From: the human T2T-CHM13v2.0 reference genome, Homo sapiens
Assembly: GCF_009914755.1 (NCBI RefSeq)
Contig: NC_060932.1
DNA length: 64,000 nt
Strand: one strand, 5' to 3'
In this document: positions 29,142-43,236 of the stretch, piece after piece
Layout of the letters: each line of letters begins with the position of its first letter
Position numbering within the stretch: the stretch's first letter is position 1
The notes under the pieces: model-generated
Databases searched by the model: none
The model's input: the letters and a program-made list of their open reading frames with translations, nothing else
Told to the model about the DNA's origin: nothing
Made by a program: the position numbers and the translations under genes

Positions 29142-29177
29142 AAACAAGGTAAACAAGGTAAACAAGGGTAAACAAGG
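29142..29177 (+). repeat. Tandem (AAACAAGGT)~4
   Basis: AAACAAGGT AAACAAGGT AAACAAGGGT AAACAAGG. Confidence 0.9.
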
Positions 29178-29304
29178 AATCCCATTCAGGTGCTGAAATC
29201 ACCACAGACATTTACTGGGCTGTGACTGTGTCAGGCATTGTTCTAGCCGGGTTACAGGTATTCATTCCATTTAGTCTCACCTGGCTAATGAAATGGATAC
29301 TATT

Positions 29305-30015
<711 letters not shown>

Positions 30016-30498
30016 TCACCAGTGGACAGTGACACACAGCTTTGCAGCCAGTAGGAGGTGTAAGAATTGAAGGCAAAGTAACTGGTATCCAAAGTCTGCA
30101 TTTATAGCCTTTATGCTACCCACCCTCCTATCCAAAGAAGAGCAAGATACACACACAATGTATTAGGTAATACCTGTAGCCACATGTAATTTGGTTTATT
30201 CAGAATTGACTCAGAAAAGGTATAAATCCTAGTGAGATTTTAGATATGACCTCAAGTCACATCTAAAACACACACACAAATGAGATACATTGAGGTCCTG
30301 TTTTGCACTTGGTCTAATCAACTTTATGTATCTGTTTGGACTGAGCGCTCCTATATCACTAACTCTTGATAATTACAAATATTCTCTAGGAGTTTGCATA
30401 CTATTTACTAAGCTCTCCTCTCAGCACTGTGCATACTTTCACCTATGGCATCCTCAGAATAGCCTTAGGAGGTCGTGGATGGGTTAAAATAATGCTGT

Positions 30499-30772
30499 GG
30501 GGAGGCCAAGGAGGGTGGATCATCTGAGGTCAGGAGTTCAAGACCAGCCTGGCCAACATGGTGAAACCCCGTCTCTACTAAAAATACAAAAATTAGCCAG
30601 GCAAGGTGGCAGGCACCCGTAATCCCAGCTACTTCAGGAAGCTGAGGCAGGAGAATCACTTGAACTGGGGAGACGGAAGTTGCAGTGAGCCGAAATCACA
30701 CCAATGCACTCCAGCTTGGACAACAGAGCAAGACTCCATCTCAAAAATAAATAAATAAATAGATAAATAAGT
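30499..30772 (+). mobile_element. AluS, 5'-truncated
   Basis: TSD AAATAATGCTGT at 30487-30498 and 30773-30784; (TAAA)n tail. Confidence 0.95.
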
Positions 30773-30778
30773 AAATAA

Positions 30779-31207
<429 letters not shown>

Positions 31208-31527
31208 TGACTCTCCTCCAAGCAGTGACTCGGGGACCCAGACTCCTCCCATCTTGTGGTCCTGTCATCTTCAAAATGTGGCTTCCAAGTCACTATGCTT
31301 GCGTGTATTATAAGGGTGGAAAAGGAATTCACATGTGGAAATAGGAAAGTGGTACACATTCTATTCATTCATTTATTTACTCATTTATTTATTCATGTAC
31401 TGATTGATTGACCTATGTATTTATTAGCTGTTACTATCTAAAGGAGAAGTAAAATGTGGTCTAGCAGTATGCCCAGGAAAAAGGGTGATTGTTTGGGAAC
31501 AGCACTCCAGTCTTTGCTATGGCTAAA

Positions 31528-31664
31528 TATATTAATATCCCCATTTTATAGATTAGTAAATGTTGGCACTGGAGAGTAAATAACTTACCCAAGTCATACA
31601 GTTGTTAAGTGTCAGAGCCTGGATTCAAACCCAGGTAGTCTGGTCCAAGAGTCCTGCTCTTAAC
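31528..31664 (-). mobile_element. MIR (continuation after the MLT1 insertion)
   Basis: ATCCCCATTTTATAGAT...TAACTTACCCAAGTCATACAG...GGATTCAAACCCAGG. Confidence 0.8.
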
Positions 31665-32237
31665 AGAGATGACTGATTATTTCTCCTTAAAGATGTGATG
31701 AATTGAATGAAGCACCTGTGGGTATGTCACGTTCCATTTCTCAGCAGGACAGGCAGAGAAGTAGCATATTTCCTTCTTTTGAAGCCTTAACCCTCCTTCC
31801 TTCTTTCTTCCATCCCCTCATTGCCATTTAACTTATACTTTAGTGGATTCTTATACAAGATTTCTCTAACAAGAGCTCCTACCAATACTAAGAAAGTTTT
31901 TGGTATTGAGTTCCAAATTTCAAAACTCTTATCACAGACTTGAATAGAAGCAGCAGTTACTACGGTACTGTGGTACTTTAATGACAGCAAGTCCTCCAGC
32001 CCAGTAAACTCCTACACTGAAATGAAATGGATGAGGGACAATCCTTTTTTATACTGGAACTTGAAAGTATAAAGGATATTCTATCAATTATAAAACTTTT
32101 TTCTATGAAAAAAATACTTTTAGATTCTGTAAGGTTTTTTCCCTAAATGTTTTAGTCTTGTTTCTCTTACACCCCTTTGCCTTTATTTCTAAGGCCTTGA
32201 TCCACATTGAGTTAATATTTGAAAATAAGAAGTCTCA

Positions 32238-32722
32238 CATGCACACGTATATTTATTGCGGCACTATTCACAATAGCAAAGGCTTGGAACCAATCCAAAA
32301 GTCCAACAATGATAGAATGGATTAAGAAAATGTGGCACATATACACCATGGAATACTATGCAGCCATAAAAAATGATGAGTTCATGTCCTTTGTAGGGAC
32401 ATGGATGAAATTGGAAATCATTCTCCGTAAACTATCGCAAGGACAAAAAACCAAACACCGCATGTTTTCACTCATAGGTGGGAATTGAACAATGAGAACA
32501 CATAGACACAGGAAGGGGAACATCACACTCTGGAGACTGTTGTGGGTGGAGGGAGTGGGGAGGGATAGCATTAGGAGATATACCTAATGCTAAATGACGA
32601 GTTAATGGGTGCAGCACACCAGCATGGCACATGTATACATATGTAACTAACCTCTGCACATTGTGTACATGTACCCTAAAGCTTAAAGTATAATAATAAT
32701 AAAAGAAAAGAAAAGAAAAGAA
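32238..32722 (+). mobile_element. 5'-truncated L1PA2/3-like 3' end
   Basis: ORF2 C-terminus ...MFSLIGGN*, 3'UTR and A-rich tail; 17-bp TSD GAAAATAAGAAGTCTCA at 32221-32237 and 32723-32739. Confidence 0.95.
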
Positions 32723-33317
32723 GAAAATAAGAAGTCTCATAAAGGAACTATATTGTACTTACGAAAAAGCTGCTTGTTTTCAGTGCTGTGCTCATAATAA
32801 CTCTTCCCTCTCAGTAAGCCCTGTCCTTCAGGGCTCATTCATCTCTACCTTTCCACACCCCACTCGCTTTATGTCAACGTTTGAACTCTGCTTCCTCACA
32901 GAGCCTGCCAGTGGGCAGCACATGGAATGGGCCCGTGACTCTAGGCCTCCCCACAAGCTGAGTTTTGGGTTCTCAGAGTCTTCCCAGTTCTTAGAGACAA
33001 ATCTCCCCAAACACTGTTGTTCTGTCTGACTACAAATGTCCCTGCTACAATTTCCGTTTCTATCCTTTGAGCTGACCCCCAGTCCTGACTTGGTCACATT
33101 AGACTGCACTACTGCCCTCCCATTCCACCCTCCTGCTTTGGAGGAAAGTTAAGTAGTTCTGCAGCCAGATCACTTTTTTCTTGCATAAATGTAGCCAGTC
33201 CTTTTTTCTCCCAACTAGCCACTGCTGATGAGTTCCCATTTTGCCTCAGAGCATAAACCATTACTATTGAGACCTTGGATAGCACTAGGGAAATACTAAC
33301 CACATTCAGATACCTAG

Positions 33318-33953
33318 GTTAGCCACACTTGGATTATATTTACCAAACAGCTCCTTTTTTTCCCTAGGCATACAGTTGAACAACATTTTCAAACCTCCCT
33401 TTTAGTTAGTTGTTGCCACACGCTTGAGTAATAGCCAAAGAAAAATGAATAAAAAGATGTGTACCACTCCTTCAATCCTCACGCTAATTCTTTTCCACAT
33501 AATGCACACAAGCACGGTGACTTGGAAGCCACATTTGTGAAGATGGCAGGATCACAGACAGAAGGAGCCTGGGTCCCTGGGTCACTGTTTGGAGGAGAGT
33601 CACCTTCCCATCGGAACACCTGATGAAAGTTGTATGTGAACAAGAAATGAACTCTGTTGTGCTTGAGTCATGATACCTTTTGGGGTTTTTGTTGTTGTTG
33701 TTGTTGTTACAGCATTATTTTGACAAATCTACAACCTCCTAGGGCTATTCTGAGGGTGAAATGAGTGAATGCATGTATCCTGCTTAGAGGGGAGCTTAGT
33801 AAATAGTATGCGAACTCCTAGGAAATGTTTGCTATTATTATTACCAAAAGTTAAAGAGATGTGGAGGTTCTCAGTCTAAGCAGATAAATATAGTTGATTA
33901 GGCAAGTGTTAAATATGACCTCAATGTATCTCATTTGTATGTTTTTTTTAGAT
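33318..33953 (-). repeat. Right arm of inverted duplication (MLT1J-like LTR + MIR + unique DNA)
   Basis: Reverse complement aligns to 30261-31525 once the two Alus are removed; 33589-33608 = rc 31202-31221. Confidence 0.9.
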
Positions 33954-34072
33954 AATCAAGTTTCCCATTAAGAAAGCCACAGATGAAGGGCATCAAGTAT
34001 CATTCATTCAACAATCAGCCAAATTGGACTGAGCACAAACTCTACACCAAACCTTAGGATTCATCTATAAAA

Positions 34073-34244
34073 CAGCTTTGCTACTTGAAGTGTGGTTCTC
34101 AGACAAGCAGCATCAGCATCACCTGGAAGCTTATTAAAAACTACAGACTCTCAGACCCCCTCCTAGACCCACGGACTCAGAAGACGCATTTTGACAAGTT
34201 CCCTAGGTAGCTCATATGCACGCTGAAGCTTCAGAAGCTTTCTA
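34073..34244. mobile_element. MER5A (hAT-Charlie)
   Basis: AAGTGTGGTT..AGCAGCATCAGCATCACCTGGAAGCTT..AAA..ACAGACTCTCAGACCCC. Confidence 0.8.
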
Positions 34245-36844
34245 AAAACGGATACCGTCCCAGACATCAGAGTACTGTCCATCCGTGAAAAGGAAGACGA
34301 GAAAGTAATTAACCCTGGCAGGGAAAATCAGGAAAGACTTTACAGCTGAAAAGTTTTGTTTTTTAATTTGGATCTTGAAGGATAAATCAAAGTTTACCAG
34401 ATGGAAAAATAAATGCAGGCAACTTTGATAAAGAAGCTAGAGTGTAAAATGACACAGCCATGAAGGACTGTGATCTTTTCCTGTGGGGTTGCAAAGACAG
34501 TCTGTGGGCTGACTGTGAGGGCAGAACCAGAAAACATCTTCAAATTTACGTACACAAGGAGCTTGGATCCAGACCCCAAATTCGGAACACTTTGCAACCT
34601 GCTCTCCTGCACACCAGACACTAAGCTTGGAACAGGAGCCTTATCCTGTTCATAAAATTGAACGGGCGGCCTCCAACGATAGGTGTCACCATTTTCATGG
34701 GGCTTATGGTAAATACCACTGAAGATATCCAACCCTAAGCCCTGTATCAAGAGCCTCTGAGTACCCTGGAGGAGGAGGAGAGACTGCTCACTCGCCTAAT
34801 ACCCTGGGTTCCCTTAAAATCATGGGAAAGTTCACCTCAGCTGGGGCAGGGGTGGTGCAAAGCAGGATGATGCTGAGCTTACGGGGTAAGGCAGCAACTA
34901 TACCTACCTAGGGGGTTAAGAGACAGCAAATGAAAATGGATCCCTCAAAACCTGGCATCATCCACAACAGGTAAAAACAGATGGATACATGATGAAGGCT
35001 GTTTTTTTAGTATCAAAATAATTTAATACTGTCATAGTATTTTAAAATTGTACTCCACAAATGCTTAAAAATGAAACAATATTTGAGGTTGCAGGGCAGC
35101 TACCAGGACGAGGGACTTTCGCTCAGGGCACAAGCATTGTGTTTGCTCATCTTCCCACCAATCCTACAAAGCATTTTCCGCTGTCAGTCACATTTTCTAG
35201 GTGAAGAAATCAAATTGGAGAATCCAACCATATTTAAGTGAAACTGCATTCTAATCCTGGACCCATCACTTATTACCTGACACCACACTCCCTCTAGAAA
35301 ACATACCCCTCCCATTCCTGAGTCTCCCCAGTGGTTAACCCCAAACATATCAAGTTTGCAGTTGATGGCACACACTCTGTGGCTTTGCATATTGTATTAA
35401 ACAGCATTACCCATGCCCTCCAGTGTATATCATGGAAGCTGATCCTCCTACATACTCCAGCCTGGGTAACACCATGCTTTACCGTACACTTCCAATACTA
35501 CCAACTAACCAACACTACCAAGTGTACCAAGCCATACAGCATTGCCAATAAGGCATAGTGTACGTTATAACTGGTAAGTTTAAGTGCATGGTACACCAGC
35601 TACACCATACACTTCGCCTTACTGGAAATGTTGTAATGGCTTGTGGCTAAATTTAGCTGGCTAAATAAATGAGCATTTTATCATGCTGCCACTGAAGGTG
35701 ACAAACCTTCCCCATGTCCTCCTTGTGTCTATGTATAGGCTAATCTCCTCATGAAAGAATTTGTGATTTGAAATTTCATTTTGCCTTCACCTACAATATA
35801 CTATTTCCAGAAGAGCTCTGGGAATACAAAATGGAAAGGCAAGAACCATCTTGACAATTCCCTCTCCAGCCAGCAAAGCCGTTCCTGGGAAGATCGTACC
35901 CTCCAGCACTCATCAAAAGTAATTACCCTGGAGAGGGAACACGGTTTGGAAAAGTAAGACCATTTCCATTATTACTTTCTTGTATTAAATAATAAATATT
36001 TAACACGATAAAGTTAAAGCAATCAAGATGACAAATGACAAAGAAAAAGGGTATGAGGTACAAAAATACTACTTGCTCTCCAGAGAGATGTTCCCAAGCA
36101 AAATAAACAATAAAATACTTTCATTGTTCTTTTAGCATTTTCTTCTAGCTTTATTTGAGAATTAAATTCTCCCATTGGGTTTAACCTGAGACCTAGTCTA
36201 ACACTGAATCTTAGATGTTTGGCTTCAAACAGACCACAAACTCACGCAGGAATCCTGGGATTTACAAAGGAGTGTGTGCAACCAAAAAGGGTTTACAAGC
36301 TTTGATGAGCAAGTCCAGATACAAATTCTTATTAACACACTAATTTTCTCTGCCACAAAAGGAATTTATATTGTGAGAGCAGGCGTTCTACATGCAGAAG
36401 TTAAAAAGAGAACAATAATCCAGTTCCTAGCAGGCAATATCGGGAAAAAATAATATTAATACAATGAGAAATGTTGAGCTGATTTTTAATATGATTTTCT
36501 TAACACTTTTAAAATATTTCAATGATTATTACAATGAAGTTGGTGCCAATTCTTCTTGATGTCCAGAAATACAAGATCAATTTGGACCTTAAATTTGCAC
36601 AGGAAACTTACTACTAAAGCCTGCTTTCTGAAGAGGTGAATGGGCAGCTATCTACAATATACAATTCAAAGAGCCTAGATTTTGTTTCCCAAAACAAATC
36701 TTACAACCTAGTTGGCTGAAATCTCACCATGAAAGCACTTTTGATCTGGTACAAAAGTAGCCTAAATATTGCTGAGCTACTTATAGGGAAAGGGATGGAG
36801 TTTTATTTTTTCAGCACTTACTTAGTCCCAAGAAATTGTTAGGC

Positions 36845-37073
36845 AGCTGGGTGCAGTGGCCCATGCCTGTCGTCCCAGCACTTTGGCAGTCCAAAGCAGG
36901 AGGATCATTTGAGCCCAAGATTTCAAGATCAGCCTGGGCAATAGAGTAAGACCTTGTCTCTAGAAAAAAATTAAAAAATTAGCCAGGCATGGTGGCACAT
37001 GCCTGTTGTCCAGCTACTCAGGAGGCTAACAGAGCCAGAGAGACAGAGCCAGACCCTTTCTCAAAAAAACAAA
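36845..37073 (+). mobile_element. AluJ with an internal deletion in the right monomer
   Basis: J-type left arm; right arm jumps from GGAGGCT to ACAGAGCCAGA...CCCTTTCTCAAAAAAA. Confidence 0.9.
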
Positions 37074-40000
37074 TATACACATATATATATTATATACAAC
37101 ATATATTAGGTACTTAACAAGTTACCTAACATATAATATATACTATATACAAAACATTTAATATATAGTATATACCAATATATATACTATATATTATATA
37201 AAATACATAATACATAGTATTTATAATGGTATATAGTATATATTATATAAATAAATATAATTTATATATATACTATATATTTTCATATATAGTATATATA
37301 TTTTTATATATAATTTATATATATAATTTTTATGTGCTAATTATATATACTATATATATTGTTATATATACAATTTTATATAATATATAATTTTATAGAT
37401 ATATTTTTATGTACTAATTATATATCTACTAAAAATATAATATATATGCTATATATACTATATATAATATATATTCTATATACTAATTATATATAATATA
37501 TATATTCTATATACTAATTATATATATTAGTATATATATTCTATATACTAATTATATGTAGTATATATATTCTATATACTAATTATATATAGTATATATA
37601 TTATATATAATTATATATAGTATATATATTATATATACTAATTATATATAGTATATATATTCTATATACTAATTATATATACAGTATATATTCTATATAC
37701 TAATTATATATAGTATATATATTATATATAATATATACTAATAATATATATAGCATATATATGGTGTATATATACTATATAGTATATATAGACAGTATAT
37801 ATACATATACTATATATGTATAGTATACTATAAGTATACCATATAGCATACTATATATACTATATATGTATAGTATACTATATAGTATACCATATAGTAT
37901 ACTATAAATACTATATATGTATAGTATACTATATGGCATATATATAATATACTATATATGTATAGTATACTATATAGTATACATATAGTATACTATATAT
38001 ACTATATATACGTATAGTATACTATATGTATACTATATAGTATACTATATATACTATACATGTATAGTATACTATAAGTATACATATAGTACACTATAAG
38101 TATACATATAGTATACTATATATACTATACATGTATAGTACACTATAAGTATACATATATGTATACTATATATACTATACATGTATAGTATACTATATAG
38201 TATACATATAGTATACTATATATACTATACATGTATAGTATACTATGTAGTATACATATAGTATACTATATATATACTATTACATATACTAATTATAGAT
38301 TCTTATATATAATTTATATATACTATATACAGCATATATAGTATATATAATATATATAGTGTATATATAATATAGACTAATTATATATTTTTATATATAT
38401 AATTTATATATATAAATATATACTATATAATATATACTATATATAGTATATATATACTATACCTACACTATATATAGTGTATATATACTATATATACACT
38501 AATATATAGTATATATACTGTCTACTATATATAGTATATACATATATACTATATGTATATAGTATGTATATAGTATATATATACATATATACATATACAT
38601 GTATATAGTATGTATATAGTATATACGTATATACTATATGTATACAGTATATACGTATATACTATATATACACTATGTACTGTATACAGTGTATATACAC
38701 TATAGACACTCTATACAGTGTATATACTGTATAGACACTCTATACAGTATATATACTCTGTAGACACTCTATACAGTATATATACTCTATAGACACTATA
38801 CCCTATATATAGTGTACATAGAGTATATACACTATATACTATATATACTATATGTACACTATATCTCATATATAGTGTACATATACTATATACACTATAT
38901 ACTATATATACTATATGTACACTATATATAGTATATATACTATATATAGTATACATAGCATATATACTATATATATCCTATATATACTAATTATAAATTT
39001 TTATATATAATTTATATATATACTGTGTATAATATGAATACTATATATTTATATAATATATAGTATATATACATTTATAAAAATATATAATATATTTACA
39101 TATTATATAAATATATAAATATATATTTATATAATATATAAATATATATTAATATATAATAGAAATATATATTTATATGTTATATGAATATATATTATAT
39201 AATATATATTTATATAATATATACTAGATATTTAGATATATGAATATATAATATATTTAGATAATATCTAAATATATCATATATTTAGATAATATATAAT
39301 TATATAATATATTTAGATAATATCTAAATATATGATATATTTAGATAATATCTAAATAATGTAATATAATGTATAAATATAATATATTTATATATTATCT
39401 AAATATTTAGATATTAGATATCTAATTAGATATCTAATTAGATATCTAATTATCTACTATTAGATATATTATTTATATATTATGTAAATATTTAGATAAT
39501 ATATATTTATATATTATCTAAATATTTAGATAATATATATTTATATATTATCTAAATATTTAGATAATATATAAATATTTATATATTATCTAAGTATATC
39601 ATATATTTATATATTATCTAAATATATATATAAATATATTATATATTTATATATTATCTTAATACATAACATATTTAGAAATATATTATATATTTAGATA
39701 ATATACAAATAATATATTTATATATTATCTAAATATATAATATATATTATATATTATATAATATATATATTATATAATATATATTACATAACATATTATA
39801 TATTATATAATATATATTATATAATATATTATATATTATATAAATATATTATACATTATATAATATATATTATATAAATATATTATAGATTATATAATAT
39901 ATATTATATAAATATATTATAGATTATATAATATATTATTATATAAATATATTATACATATATAATATATATTATATAATTATATATTATATAATATACT

Positions 40001-41178
40001 TATATAATATATTATATAATATAGAATATAATTATATAATATATTATATAATTATATAATATATTATATATTACATAAATAATATATTTATATAAATATA
40101 TAAATAATATATTATATAATTATATATTATATATACATTTATATAAATATATTATATAATTTTATAATATATTATATATACATTTATATATCATATAATT
40201 ATATAATATATTATATATACTTTTATATAATATATTATATATACTTTTATATAATATATCATATAATTATATATTATATATACATTTATATATCATATAA
40301 TTATATATTATATATACATTTATATAATATATCATATAATTATATAAGATATTATATATACATTTATATATCATATAATTATATATTATATATACATTTA
40401 TATATCATATAATTATATAATATATCATGTATACATTTATATATCATATAATTATATATTATATATACATTTATATATTATAGAATTATATAATATATAA
40501 TATATTTATATATTGTATAATTACATAAATATATTCTATATAATTTTATGTATCTTAAACTATATATAAAATTAAGTACCATATATAATATACTTAAGAT
40601 ATCTAATATATAAATATATATAAATATATTTATATTATAATATATATTTTTATAGTATATATTTTTATGTGTATATATTACATATTTTATATATTATATA
40701 TTTTATGCACTTATATATTTATTGTATATTTATATGTTATATTATATAAATATATTTTATATGAATATATTATATAAATATATATTTATATAAATATGTT
40801 ATATATAACATATATTTATATATTACATAGCTTAAGTATATAATATATGGTACTTAATTTTACATATAACTTAATAAGTTAGCTAATATACATATTTTAA
40901 TATATTATATATTATGTTATATATAATATATATTATATTATATATTATATATTGTATATTATATATTGTATATTATATATTGTATATTATATTACATATT
41001 ATATATGTAATATATATTATATACTATATATTATATATAATGTGTATATGTATTAAACATATATAATATATGTTTAATATATAATATATAATATATGTAA
41101 TATATATTATGCACTGTATAATATATTTTTATATATTATATATTGTATATTTTATAGATTATATATTATATATATATA
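37074..41178. repeat. ~4.1-kb AT-rich (TA)n-derived multi-domain minisatellite
   Basis: Overwhelmingly A/T, with successive domains of different repeat units and palindromic cores. Confidence 0.98.
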
Positions 41179-41179
41179 A

Positions 41180-41380
41180 GGTAATTCATTAAGTACTTTG
41201 ATCTTCCCAACAGCCTAATAAGGAATGTTAAATACACCTAATTTCCAAATGAGAAGCCGGTCTCACAGAAATGTAAAACACAGCATCTGCAGTCCATGCT
41301 CACAGAGGGGAAGAGTGAATGTTGGTAACAGTGCAACCATTGCCAGAGTCAATCCCTGCCTTTGCAGTCTACCACCCTAT
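41180..41380 (-). mobile_element. MIR (resumes after the Alu and AT tract)
   Basis: ATCTTCCCAACAGCC...ATTTCCAAATGAGAAGCCGGTCTCACAGAA. Confidence 0.5.
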
Positions 41381-43236
41381 ACAACCCGGAAGGAATATGG
41401 CATTAGGATTGCTAGGCCAAACCCCAGGAGTGATTGGTTTACACTCTTGTCATGTGGCTGAGAATCAGTTGTTTCATCCTGAACCTCTTGGATCAGCCCT
41501 AGAACATTGGAAAATAATAGGGCCTGGGTTGAAACAGCCCCATTCATCTCTATCAGGCTGGTTTAAGCATCTGAGAGACAGTAGCCAGGGCTGTGCTGTT
41601 TGTACCCGTGACTTCTCCTATTGTGGTAAAAGTCATTTGTAATGCCCCAGGGCATCCTAAAAAAAAACATGCCCACAGAAGCCGACAGAAAAGTGAGGAA
41701 GGAACTGAATGCTATCATTTGCAGTCGCTTCTGGATTAGATGGATTGCAGGGCCCAGGGCTGGCGGTTAAGGGTGGCTGCCTGGGTTCTCCTGATGCTCA
41801 ACAAATTCCAGGCACAGACTCCTGACCTTTTGCTACCTAAACTTCTATCCAGGCCCTACAATAATGGAGCTGCTTACAGGTGAATGGTGAGCTAATTTAT
41901 GTAAATATGGATTTTGCTGGAGTCTTAAGGGTCTTCATAAAACATCTGCAAAACTAATGAAAAGTTGTTTAGTACAGTAAAAAAACCCAAGACTTCTATT
42001 TGAGTGCATAAATGTCTCTAAATGTGTAAGGGTTAAGGAAGAAAAGAAACCAACTGCCTCAGGAGACATTCAAATTATTCTAGTCTTTCTGGAAAGAAGT
42101 GACTGTGGAGGAGTTGTAAATCTTTTCATTGTGCCACTAATTGCTACCAAGGAGAGCATTCCGACGCAGGCTGCCAAGGCTGGGGAGGACAAGGTTCCCT
42201 CTTGAGTTCTTTAAAAGCTGGGCCATTGGTGAGTTCTGAAGGAGTCTGTGCACCCACACTAGAAGGTCTCTTTTAACCGCATGGTTCTCTACATCCATAA
42301 TTAACAATCTCAAATTTTAAGACCCTTACAATTATAAAACAGTTTCTATCAAAGCAGTGTTTTCAGACTTTAAAGTTTTAGATGATAGGTTTCCAAGAGA
42401 GGAGAATTATGTTTATTATCTACTTTGTATCTAGGTGCATGGTTCTCTCATTTAAGGCTTCAGTTTCCATGGAAACAGGCTGTGGGGCAATGTATGGTTA
42501 TCAGGAACATTTCCTTTAACACCTCCCAGTCTTTCAAAAGTACTTGCAACCAGCCTACCTATATAAAGTCTTAAATCTTTATAATTAAATTTACATGTAG
42601 TAAAAGTACTAAGCCCCCAACAGAGAAATAGAAACAATGCATGAAGAGACAATAAACACTTGTCATTCATTCATGCAGTATGACTGAGTGTTCCACAACT
42701 GCCAGCCATCGAGCCCCCTCCGAGGGAAAAAAGAGAGAGAGGACCCAGCTTCTAACCACTAGACACGTGCACTTCACACACTTTGGAACTGATTAACAAA
42801 CACTGAGAAATGCCAGCCTGACTAGTAATAACAGAACAGCAAATGTACAAAATTAAAGAGCCCCATCCTTCAAGCTACCAACTTTGGGAAACTGTGATAG
42901 CAACCAGTGTTTGTAAGGCACTGAAACGGGAGCTCTGTGCTGCTGGTTGCTTTTTGAAACATCAAATCCAGTTCTTCTACTTCTGAAAAATAACTCTAAT
43001 GGGAAAATAGGTTATGCATAAAGATATTTACAGTAACATTATTTTTAATTGTGGAATACTGGAAAAAATGGATATTCAACAATAATGGAATCATTATATT
43101 CCATTGGCAGAACTGCATTTAGGCATTAAAATAATACCCATGAAGATTATAAAAAAATGGAAAATTCCTGTTTATGTCAACTCTAAAGAGAGATTTGTGT
43201 GCACAGTTTGACAGTTACCATTAAAAAGTTTGTATT

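Noticed and set aside
37074-41178. Regularly spaced ~30-bp repeats resembling a CRISPR array
   Set aside because: The units are head-to-tail degenerate minisatellites without unique spacers; there are no cas genes and the context is primate DNA.
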